Shown: positions 1 through 9,793 of the stretch, piece after piece
Position numbering within the stretch: the stretch's first letter is position 1
Layout: each line of letters begins with the position of its first letter
NCBI GenBank assembly: GCA_032718475.1
Contig: JAUCBJ010000385.1
Coordinates: 1-64,000 of the forward strand
DNA from: Nemertoderma westbladi
Taxonomy: Eukaryota; Animalia; Xenacoelomorpha
DNA length: 64,000 nt
Direction of reading: 5' to 3'
Notes under the pieces: model-generated
Seen by the model: the letters and a program-made list of their open reading frames with translations, nothing else
What the model was told of the DNA's origin: nothing
The model's database searches: none
Position numbers and translations under genes: made by a program

Positions 1-2058
1 AGCCGTAGGTCTCAAAGGCAACCGGGGAGAAGATGTAGCCCCGGTCGACTAGCTCCCGGTATTTGGCTGTTTTCTTCTCCTCAGCCACCTCCGCAACGCG
101 ACCCCCAGCAGTCAGGGCAAGGTGTATGTGGCTGGGACAAAGGGGATCTACCACAGTCGCATCCCAAGTGACGGATTTACCATGTTTCCATGGAACCATG
201 GTTACTCCGTCGACTCGCTTCCCACCACTCCTGCAGAGGCCTGGAGGTTCCAGCATAGCTGGGATCCTGCAGCTGGTCAACGCACGCTTAACCAGGTCAT
301 TGACCATGGCGTGGCGTGCGTGTCGCCCAGCGCTCCTCTTACAGGAGAGGCCATGGAGACCGTTGGGTGCGACTGGGTCGTCACAGCGGGCGCATTTGTG
401 AGGCTCGGTGACCGGGCTACCAAGGCGTATTGCGACTGCTACTTGCAACTGCGCGCCTGTAAGTTTCAGGCCCAGCGAGCTGACCGGAATGGCCTCAAGC
501 CAGCAACCCGACACATCGTTCTCGATACAATTTAGGCGCGCAGTATCGAGTGGCAGTGCCCCCTCGCGGATGGAAGCAAGGGACGCCTCGTGAACCGGCT
601 GTATCAGGACACGTTGTATGGCGTCAGTGGAGGAAGTGGCAGGTGGTGTGGTGCCAGTGTGGGAAGTAACTGTGGATGTGGTGTCAGTGGGAGAAGTGAG
701 TGATGGTGTAGGTGCGGTGGCAGTGGGAACGTGAGTGTCTGTAACAGTTGGAAGTTGTGCGTCCCGCGCGGTGGTAGCGAGGGCAATCGCAGGATCGGGG
801 TGGCTCCCGTCCGTTCTGAATAGGCGGCCTGAGAGATCGGAGCATGCAGCCGCTGAGGCAATGAAAGCGGAAGGAGCGAGCACGCATGCTGAACTGATCC
901 CCAGGCCACCCATCCGAACTGGGAGACAGGCCTGGTCCCACGATTTACCCCCCATGTCACAGTTGGTGATCTCCTGGAGCGCTCCACGGAGCGTCCGATC
1001 ATACTCCTTAAGGAGCTCCTGGTGTGTGAAACACGGGGCAGCCCGAAGGAAGTAGACCAGACGAGGGATGGCAAAAGCGTTCTTTAAAAGGTAGAACGCG
1101 TGGTGCGCATCCAGGAGAGGGAGTCGTTTGGCGAGGGTGGAGAGGTCGCTGATCTTCTCGCGGAGACAGGAGACCATAGCGGAGTCGCCGATGGGTGCAC
1201 CGAGCATCTCTAGATCTTCGAGCGAGGTGGTAAGGATGCCTGGGCACACCGTCTCGAACTCCGCAGCGATCTCCTGACGGATCGAATTGGAGACCTCCCC
1301 AACTATAAAAAGCTCGGTCTTCTTAGGGTTGATCTCCATCCCGAGCCGCTTCCCCTCACCCATCACCGTATGTAGGTCCTCCAACACCGTCCGGTGGTCT
1401 CCGGCGAGGTTACCATCGTCCAGGTACCAAACGTTGAAGTCAGACTTCATTGAATGGACCAGGTCGACGGAGGTGTCGCCGAAGAGGGCCGGTCCATCTG
1501 CATCACCCTGTTGAATTCCCTCTTCCGAGAGGAGTATCTCATCCCCATGGAAAAGGTAGCTTGGCTCGCCATAGGCAGCCAGAGTGTAGTTATACACTTG
1601 AGGGTGATTTCGATGGACCGTCTCTAGGATGGAGTCACGCCGGACGGAGTTGAAGGCGTTCCGAAAGTCCAGTTTCAGTAGAACGGTGCCAGGCGCGGAG
1701 GTGGTATTGATTAACGCCCGGGTCGCGTGGGCGGCAGCCTCGGCACCGTTCTTAGTCCCGATTCCCAGTTGGACGTCCCCGTAGGACTGACTCCGATCCC
1801 CACTGACGAGGTGCCCCGAGTATTTGGATGCCAGCCGCCGGAGGGTAAGTCCGACGGCTATTGGGCGAACCCCGTTGTCAGGTTTACTGAACGCGAAGAG
1901 GTTCGCCCCGAAGAAAACCGGTCGAATAACCGGGGGAACCTCGCCAGCGAGCACGATCTCAGTGAACCGACACAGACCTTTCAGGAGCCGAGTCGCGGGA
2001 GCTCCGTTTGAAGGATCGACGAGGTCCTTCAAGATCTGTGGCCGGAGCCCGTCCGGTC
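1..2058 (-). mobile_element. CRE-clade non-LTR retrotransposon, RT plus restriction-like endonuclease part (runs off the window start)
   Basis: Manual minus-strand translation appears open throughout: FFGANLFAFSKPDNGVRPIAVG, QLGIG..GAEAAAHA, LKLDFRNAFNS, GIQQGD, WYLDDG, then WLEAIP..LGL, CCHC knuckle (CARC..HGLSC), RHAMVND, KRVDGVTMVPW..GK...WDATVVD. It is not in the ORF track, probably because its stop lies outside the window. Confidence 0.9.
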
Positions 2059-2620
2059 TGTGACGGGATCCGAGAGGATCCCGGTTTATCCGGTGTGTTT
2101 CGTACGCGTCCCCGCCCCGCCGTGTGAATGGAAAAGGTAATAATTGTTCTAGTGTCGTTGTCGAACTCTGATAACGTTGAGATAATAAATGATGAGTGAT
2201 ACAGATAGCACAGTAGATAAAGCTAATATACCGGTAATATGGTGACGGTGGCGACGACGGTCTTAACAGTCACCGTACTGCCTTACTGTACTGGGATAGC
2301 TGACTGAGTAAACTGACTATAATGATTACCGTACAGGTAATATATATATTGCACGGGTTTGGCCGTTACAGTACTTAGTCGATGCTGTCCCCCCATTGGC
2401 TAATACCCCTGTTGGCACCCTTTGCCCCCCTCTGAAGTGCTTCCCTTCGCCCTTGCTGTTCTCTCTTGGTTAGGGGTTTGGCCCCTGACCCCTATTGTGT
2501 GCTTCCTTCCCACTCTTATTGGGATGGCACGAGTTGGTTAATTGCCCAATCTCGTGGCTCCCAATATTGCTTATCGGCTTATAACTTTATGGGGTGTTGG
2601 CGGGATTGAATAAGCTAACA
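2059..2620 (-). repeat. 3' LTR of element 1
   Basis: Identical by eye to 9232-9793; adjacent to the polypurine tract. Confidence 0.95.
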
Positions 2621-3218
2621 CTCCCCCCCATGCTATCTTCCCGGTAAGAAGATAGCATCAACCAAAAAGTGCGTTACAATCCCGCTGGATCCCGATCTAG
2701 TATCGGGTGTGGGGTGGGGTTATTTTCTTGGAGTCGGCTTTCCAGGCCGCTCCCTATGGGTATGATGTCACTACCCTCTGGCGTCTCGTGTCGGGCCGAT
2801 CGTGCGCTTCTCTCACACAATTTTTGTTTCCCCAACACTCTCGCCACTCTAACTTCGCTCTCTAACTCAACTCGCTCTCTCCCCACTCTTACACTCTCCC
2901 CACACCTGAATCGCACTCTAACTTCTCGCCAATAGCTCTTCTCACTATCTCCTCTCTAATCTCTGTCACTCTCTAAGGCCCTGACCTCTAATGCTACCCC
3001 TGTGCTATCATACTATCTACGTTATCTAACTTACTAACTCTAACTATCTAACTCTACTAACTACTAACTCTGCTCTCTGCTAACTCTTACTACTTTTAGC
3101 TCTAACTAAAAGCCTCTAACTTTCTACTAACTCTAACTAGAACTCTCTAACTCTACTACTAACTCTACTAACTCTTTTCTAACTCTGACTAAAATCCTCC
3201 AACTAACTCTATCTCTAT

Positions 3219-3735
3219 CTACGTGGCGCTAACGGTGCCCACAACCACAACCGGTACTACGTACCCTCTTACTAACTCTTTTCTCCATCTACGTGGCGCT
3301 AACGGTGCCCACAACCTCAACCGGTACTACGTACCCTCTTACTAACTCTACCTCCATCTACGTGGCGCTAACGGTGCCCACAACCACTCTACTACTGCTT
3401 CTACTCTGCTACTATCTTTCTAACTCTACTAACTCTCTACTATCTCTAACTCTACTAGCTGGCACCCTATGTGCCCGTCTCTACCACTCTACTCTATCTA
3501 CATCTCCACCTCAACTAATACCTCTATCTACGTGGCGCTTGCGGTGCCCACAACCACTCCCTGCTACTACTTTCTACGTGGCGCTTCCGGTGCCCACAAC
3601 CCCTCTCTTACTACTTTCTACGTGGCGCTTCCGGTGCCCACAACCACTCTCTTGCTACTTTCTACGTGGCGCTTCCGGTGCCCACGACCCCCCTACTACT
3701 ACTTTCTACGTGGCGCTTCCGGTGCCCACGACCCC
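3219..3735. repeat. Array of 8 copies of a ~28-nt motif CTACGTGGCGCTNNCGGTGCCCACRACC in the 3' UTR of element 1
   Basis: Copies start at 3219, 3289, 3358, 3528, 3574, 3618, 3662, 3706, separated by C/T/A-rich linkers; two copies also occur in element 2 (~25752, 25864). Confidence 0.9.
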
Positions 3736-3963
3736 CCTACTACTACTCGTGGCATGACAATATGCCACACTCCCTTACCCCGCCGCCTTCTAACTTCTCT
3801 ACTACTACCTAACTTCTAACTGCTACTTCTTACTATCCTCTACTAATTATTATTTAATTATTTTAATTATTTGTTTTTAATTAAATAATTATTTTCTTGT
3901 GGGAAGGGCGTCTCGCCCTCATTCCCACCCCCCTCAGTCCAAAATATTGGACGACTAAACCTC

Positions 3964-6846
3964 TTAACTAGGGCGATTCTTCCAACAGGCACTCTCCCAC
4001 TGCTGCTCTTGTAGGTCCTGTAGGATTCGCCGCACTCTCTTCGCCAATTCCATCTCACCAGGAATTGGTTCTCCCTCTTCTGCCACCCTGAAATCGGGTC
4101 TCTCCGCTGCCTTCTTAACTAGCTCATCTCCTGGCATCAAAATGCCATCTCCCTCCTTGTTGTCTCCCGCCGGCAGAATGAATAGAAAGTGAAAGAACAG
4201 GCAAAACAGGAGGTACAACAGCAGTCCTACCCCTCTCCATCCTGCCTTCCTTCTCGACTTCCCCCTTGTCGGTATGCCTCCAACCCGGACCTGCGTCTCT
4301 TCCGGACACTCCTCTGGACACTCCTCTAGACACTCCTTCTGACACTCCTCCGGGCACTCCCCCGGAGTGTTGTCCTCCGGACACCTCGCCGTCCGCTCCG
4401 CTCCATCTCCATACCGATGCTTGTTGGGAAACCTACTCTCCTCTGCCCACTTTCTTACTGTCACCTCCCTATCTGGCTCTACTATCTCCTGTTTCTCCTC
4501 TTCGTCCACTGCGCCTGCGGTGCCTGGTAACATGCACCCTGATGTCTCTGTCACACTGCATGGGATCTTAGTTTTAACTGGGCCGCTAAGCATCCATCCG
4601 AACGGCGTGAGGATCGCCGTCGGGTCCCGCTGCCTGTCTTCGCCGAAGACCGTCTTCATCCTCTCATGGGCCGTCGGGCAGTCCATTCCTACTATAATGG
4701 AGACCTTCCTAACGTCCACCTTTGGTATTGAGAAATCGATACCGTCCAGGAATCTATACTGCTCGACCTCAGTGTTGGTTGGTCGCCTGGCGTTGATGTT
4801 TATCGATTCGATGACGTGGATGGGGTCGATTGTCGCCCCATAGCCGCATCCCGGTGCAATCGCTGCTATCCTGCACCGCCCCGTCCTCGTCTCCAGGACC
4901 TCATCTTTACTCGAGACGGTAGTCACCGCCATTCTATTCGGCCTTGTCTTTAGCCCTATCTCTTCGGCCACCCAGTTCTCCACCAGCGTGAAGGCTGCTC
5001 CGCTGTCGACCAGCATTAATGTCGTTACTGATCGACCGCCCTCTCCTGATATCTTTACTGGTACTACCCCGAGTAGTACTTTTCTCTTCTTCTCCTCTTC
5101 TGGCGTACTTGTAGCCATTGTTTGGCCTCCAGTCTCGGACTCTCTAACTGCTGTTTCTCCACACTCTCCGGACCTGTGTCCTTCTACCACGCATCGATGA
5201 CATAGTCCGTTTGCGTTTGTGTAGGCTACACGATCTTGTTTGGGCAACGCTTGCCAGTGCTTACAACTCCTGGTCTTATGTGTTCCGTCTCGATGTAATT
5301 GACATTCGAATCCTGGATTATAGCGTTCCCTGTATAGTCCCTCACGTATCGCGCCTAGGTTTATATGTACCGATTTAGTGTTTTGGTTGTCTGTATTCGG
5401 CCTACTGGGTACATTGGGATTATGTTTATTTATGGTGTTATTTTCTTTCTGTCCCCGCCACGGTGTGGCCCTGCTACCAGCTAACTGTGGACTAGCAGTC
5501 CCCTGTGTGGCCGCATGTGGTAGTGATTGTCCTACTCTCGAGAATGGATCTGCAGGATCGTGTTCGGGTTTATGGCTTGTCCCCAAACTATCCTCGCTAT
5601 AGACTGGGTCTGTTATTAATTCGGCTTCATAGTTGAGGAAGCTCGACATTTCTTCTAGGCCCGGTTCCGCACCTTTCTTCTCACGTGTGGAGAAAGCGAT
5701 TTTCCTCCACTTCCTTCGTAACCAGACCGGCAGTGCCTGCGCTATCGTGGTGATGTTGTTAGACGCGTTGAGTTCGTATGGTGCGTCTAGCGTCTTTAAC
5801 ACGATTAACGCCTTCTCGACCTTGTTTGCAAAGGTCCTTATGCTAACGGGATTGTCCTGTAGGCCATCCGATGTTATGCCTCTCAGGGTTTGCCGGATGA
5901 TCTTGGCCGGGTGCCCGTATTCCCTATCTAGCGCCCGCCATGCTGTCGTGAAGCCGCCCTCGATGCCCTGGTATTGCCTCACGATGTCGTATGCTGGGCC
6001 TCCAGTATATACTTGCAGATATTTTAGGCACTCCGCCTGCGTCAAGTTCTTACTTAATATTTCGTTACTATACATGCGCCGAAACTGTAGATATTCTTCC
6101 GGCCTACTCCCATCGAATTTAAATGGTTCCACAGGTGGTAGCTCGATCCTAGTTTTTAACGCATCGATCAATGTGGCCATTCCCATCGCTTGCGCTTCTA
6201 ATGGGTTCGATGGATGTTGTATAGACTCCCCTATTGGGTGCGGTCCGTCCGTCCTATCTGTTGTTGATTTAATTTGTTGCGTCGGATATATCATTGGGGG
6301 TAACGGCCCCCTCCATATTTCCGTGTCGCATGATCTGTTCTCGTCCAAGGGGTTCGATGTTCTCGCTCCTATTGGGGTATATTGTTGATATTGTGATGGG
6401 GGAATGTCACCCTGTCCCCCTCCCACCGGTATGTTTGGTACTGGGGTTGATGTTAATATATTGGGGCCCATACATCTATCTACAATAAATCTCCCCTCCC
6501 CTGGATATATGTTATGTCCCTGTGTATTATAGTCATGCTGCTGTACCGATATAGGCCTACCTACCTCTCGCCTATCTACCGGTATGTACTCCGCGACTTC
6601 CGGGTTTAATCCCGTCGTTCGCGCTACCCTATCGCCTACTCTATCTCTCTCAGCATGGCCTATAATAGTATGTGCAGTAAGGCCTACAGTATGTCCTGCA
6701 GTCTGCATGTGCCCTTCCGGACCGAAGTTTATTCTTCGCGAATCTCGAATCTCCCCGCGACTACCGTAGTCTCGATCGGCAGCTATATCACGTCGGGAAG
6801 TTTCCCTTCGATCTCCTATCCTGCTCTCGTCTTCATATCGGTACAT
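3964..6846 (-). CDS. BEL/Pao Gag (DUF1759-like capsid, zinc knuckles) + aspartic protease + C-terminal transmembrane tail
   Basis: FDGSRPEEYLQF..LQVYTGGPA..AWRALDREYG; CQLH..HKTRSC and CHRC..GHRSGEC knuckles; LVDSGA catalytic motif; BEL post-protease IIVGMD..A..TPFGW.LSGP; then ECPEE repeats, basic patch KSRRK and hydrophobic GVGLLLYLLFCLFFHFLFIL. Confidence 0.85.
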   Translation of the reverse strand: MYRYEDESRIGDRRETSRRDIAADRDYGSRGEIRDSRRINFGPEGHMQTAGHTVGLTAHTIIGHAERDRVGDRVARTTGLNPEVAEYIPVDRREVGRPISVQQHDYNTQGHNIYPGEGRFIVDRCMGPNILTSTPVPNIPVGGGQGDIPPSQYQQYTPIGARTSNPLDENRSCDTEIWRGPLPPMIYPTQQIKSTTDRTDGPHPIGESIQHPSNPLEAQAMGMATLIDALKTRIELPPVEPFKFDGSRPEEYLQFRRMYSNEILSKNLTQAECLKYLQVYTGGPAYDIVRQYQGIEGGFTTAWRALDREYGHPAKIIRQTLRGITSDGLQDNPVSIRTFANKVEKALIVLKTLDAPYELNASNNITTIAQALPVWLRRKWRKIAFSTREKKGAEPGLEEMSSFLNYEAELITDPVYSEDSLGTSHKPEHDPADPFSRVGQSLPHAATQGTASPQLAGSRATPWRGQKENNTINKHNPNVPSRPNTDNQNTKSVHINLGAIREGLYRERYNPGFECQLHRDGTHKTRSCKHWQALPKQDRVAYTNANGLCHRCVVEGHRSGECGETAVRESETGGQTMATSTPEEEKKRKVLLGVVPVKISGEGGRSVTTLMLVDSGAAFTLVENWVAEEIGLKTRPNRMAVTTVSSKDEVLETRTGRCRIAAIAPGCGYGATIDPIHVIESININARRPTNTEVEQYRFLDGIDFSIPKVDVRKVSIIVGMDCPTAHERMKTVFGEDRQRDPTAILTPFGWMLSGPVKTKIPCSVTETSGCMLPGTAGAVDEEEKQEIVEPDREVTVRKWAEESRFPNKHRYGDGAERTARCPEDNTPGECPEECQKECLEECPEECPEETQVRVGGIPTRGKSRRKAGWRGVGLLLYLLFCLFFHFLFILPAGDNKEGDGILMPGDELVKKAAERPDFRVAEEGEPIPGEMELAKRVRRILQDLQEQQWESACWKNRPS

Positions 6847-9136
6847 CCTGTACCCCTCTCTTAGCGTGTGGTGCGTTTCTCCGGGGCGACGGCAATCTCC
6901 CGAAGTCCGACCTCACTGACTCCCTAATTCCCTCTCTACTATCGACGGCTCGCTATCCGTCCTCGCTCTCCGGTTGCCCCTAGCAACGACTCTCCTATTA
7001 TCTTCACTCCTTCTCTCTTCGACCTCTCGGCTAAACTCTGCTAATCTTCTTCTATCTTCGACCTCTCTATTAAACTCTACTAATCTTCTCTCTTCTAACT
7101 GGGCTCGACGTTCCGTCGCCCGCCCTCTCGCGACGTCAACCTGTCTCTCTCTGCTCGATCGCACGCCGCTGGGGATACTCGCAATCCCCCTATTACTCTC
7201 CGTCGCCGGGTGTTGCGGTTTACCTAATTCGGCCCGCGCATTATCCGCCGACGCCTGTGGGACACTCCCTGCCCCCCCTCTCTCGCTACTAATCTCTCGC
7301 GGTAGGGTGCCCGTAGCCCCCCCCCCACCCGCTACTTCTAACTTCACTATCTCTTACTACAATTCTGCGTCCCTCTTGTCGGACATTTTCTACCCCCCTT
7401 CTCTCGCCACTAACCTTCTGTGGTGGGGCGCCCGTAGCCCCCCCCCACCCGCCACTTCTAACTTCACTACCTCTTACTACACTTCTACACCCCTCTTGTG
7501 GGGCATTCTCTGCCCCCCCTCTCTCGCCGCTAATCTCATGTGGTGGGGCGCCCGTAGCCCCCCCCCACCCGCCACATCTAACTTCAATATCCCTTACTTC
7601 GTCTCTACACCACTCTCTAGTCGACGCACTGTCTCTACTGCGGCCGGGTCTATTCACCCCCGCCCCCCTCTCTACTACTGCGAGGCCTACCAGGCCCACC
7701 CCGGGTTGGCTCAACCCCGCTACCTCCTGCCTACCAACTACGTGGCCTACCAGGCCGCCGTCGGGTTGGCGCAACCCCGCCACTTCCTGTCTACTAACTA
7801 CGTGGCCTACCAGGCCGCCGTCTGCCGGGCTATACACGTCTGGCACGTTCATATTAATAGCACCATTCCCAATATTATTTGTTAAATCAATTGAATTATT
7901 AGAATTTGAAACGGAATTATTTAAATTATTTAAATTAGAGTTGTTATTATTTTCAAAATTTAAATTGCTATTCGAATTATTTGAATTATTTTGATTATTC
8001 TGAATATTTGAATTAATATTATTATTTGAATTTAAACTTAAATTACTACTACCGGGTAAAATATTTCCTGTAATAAAGGGATTAGGGTTATTTACTACGG
8101 TACTATTAATACCAATATTTCCTAACGCACTACTACTACCCCCCTCGCCCGTACGGTTACTGTACGTACTGTAAGTGTACCGCACGCTCTGTTCTCTTGC
8201 CTCACGCTCTTCGCGTTCACTCTCTCGCTCCTTCCTTCCCCTCAGTCGCCACTCTAATTCTTCCATTTTTAATTTATATGCCATGCGTTCACTCTCTCGC
8301 ACCCGTCTTTCTTTTGCGGAGGATGTAGCAGACTTATCGGTTGCGACGGACTCCCGCCGCCCCTCCGTCCTACTAACTTTCCCCCGCTCTCCGGGGTTCT
8401 CGCTGACCAACGAGACCGAATCCTCGGAGCTAACCTCGGATTCGCCCTCGTGCGGTCCCGCCCAACCCACTAACTTAACTTCCCTGGCATCGACTAAGTA
8501 TGGCCCTATGTACACTACACCAGGCCCCATACCCCTACGTTCCCATAGCCCAAACAGTTCGATGGCAACCCCTCTCGCTCTCTCGCTGGCTAGTTCTCCC
8601 TGGCCAGAACGCACTAGGTAATCAAAGTATCTGTTCGACTCACCTAGTCGTCTCCTCAACTTCACCTGGTCTATCTCAACCCCTCCTCTAGCTTCCTTCA
8701 GTTGTTCCCGGGTCGCGGCGTAGGCTCGTCGAAGTCGATCAGAAACCCCGACATCCTCGTCGCCGACCTCCCCTCCATCTCTCCGGGTCCGACGTCGTAC
8801 CGGCGGCCCCACCGTCGCCGTTCCGGTGGGCCGTCCGTCGCCCTCGGTCTGTGGCTGACCAGCGACATCGGTACGTCGACCCTCGCTCCGCGTCGACTCG
8901 TCTTTCTCCTCTCCCGTCTCACTCTCTCCTCTACTCGACTCGCTCTCTCCTCGTAGACGACCCCCCACATCTTGGTTCGCCGGGTTGCTCGTTATCGACG
9001 TGGCCTCAACGTGCGTCGACGTGGTCGGCGTAGCATCGACCGGCGTCGTGGGTCCGTATCGTCTCGCCGTGGCCTCGCGGATCGTTAGATCGTCGTCCGG
9101 GGTCCGCGGCGGTGTCGTTCCTCTCTCTCGGCTCAT
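6847..9136 (-). pseudogene. N-terminal low-complexity part of the same polyprotein, interrupted by a 1-nt frameshift (~7320) and a TGA (6913)
   Basis: ORFs 7289-9136 and 6913-7347 join if one C is removed from the C10 run at ~7317-7326 (sister repeats have C9). The TGA at 6913 is TGG in element 2 (ELGSQW), and the frame continues into 6846. Includes ~120-bp repeats (~7262-7600) and an Asn-rich tract. Confidence 0.75.
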
Positions 9137-9231
9137 CTTCGTCTTTGGTAGCCGTCAGTCACAGCTCGGCAGGCCTAGTGTTAAGACTGTGACGGGCAGT
9201 TACAGTTCAGGCAATTCTCAGATGTTAAGAC

Positions 9232-9793
9232 TGTGACGGGATCCGAGAGGATCCCGGTTTATCCGGTGTGTTTCGTACGCGTCCCCGCCCCGCCGTGTGA
9301 ATGGAAAAGGTAATAATTGTTCTAGTGTCGTTGTCGAACTCTGATAACGTTGAGATAATAAATGATGAGTGATACAGATAGCACAGTAGATAAAGCTAAT
9401 ATACCGGTAATATGGTGACGGTGGCGACGACGGTCTTAACAGTCACCGTACTGCCTTACTGTACTGGGATAGCTGACTGAGTAAACTGACTATAATGATT
9501 ACCGTACAGGTAATATATATATTGCACGGGTTTGGCCGTTACAGTACTTAGTCGATGCTGTCCCCCCATTGGCTAATACCCCTGTTGGCACCCTTTGCCC
9601 CCCTCTGAAGTGCTTCCCTTCGCCCTTGCTGTTCTCTCTTGGTTAGGGGTTTGGCCCCTGACCCCTATTGTGTGCTTCCTTCCCACTCTTATTGGGATGG
9701 CACGAGTTGGTTAATTGCCCAATCTCGTGGCTCCCAATATTGCTTATCGGCTTATAACTTTATGGGGTGTTGGCGGGATTGAATAAGCTAACA
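9232..9793 (-). repeat. 5' LTR of element 1
   Basis: Identical by eye to 2059-2620; TATATATA (~9512-9522) lies ~30 nt upstream of an Inr-like TCAGTT on the minus strand. Confidence 0.95.

Larger units (their letters stand above)
2059..9793 (-). mobile_element. Complete non-autonomous BEL/Pao-type LTR retrotransposon (gag-protease-TM; no RT/RNase H/integrase)
   Basis: 562-bp direct repeats at 2059-2620 and 9232-9793 with TGT..ACA ends; 5-bp TSD CGGTC (2054-2058, 9794-9798); PPT GGGGGGGAG (minus strand) abutting 2620; internal BEL-type Gag and protease motifs. Confidence 0.92.

Noticed and set aside
63-2063. Short ORFs listed over the CRE element
   Set aside because: Shadow frames; the real frame is the unlisted minus-strand RT-RLE frame.
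2940-3215. CTCTAACT/CTAACT-rich tract resembling telomeric repeats
   Set aside because: Irregular, not TTAGGG or TTAGG arrays; it is the purine-rich linker of the element's sense strand.
3219-3735. CRISPR-like repeat-spacer appearance
   Set aside because: Linkers are low-complexity, related to each other and variable in length; no cas genes; lies inside a eukaryotic LTR element.
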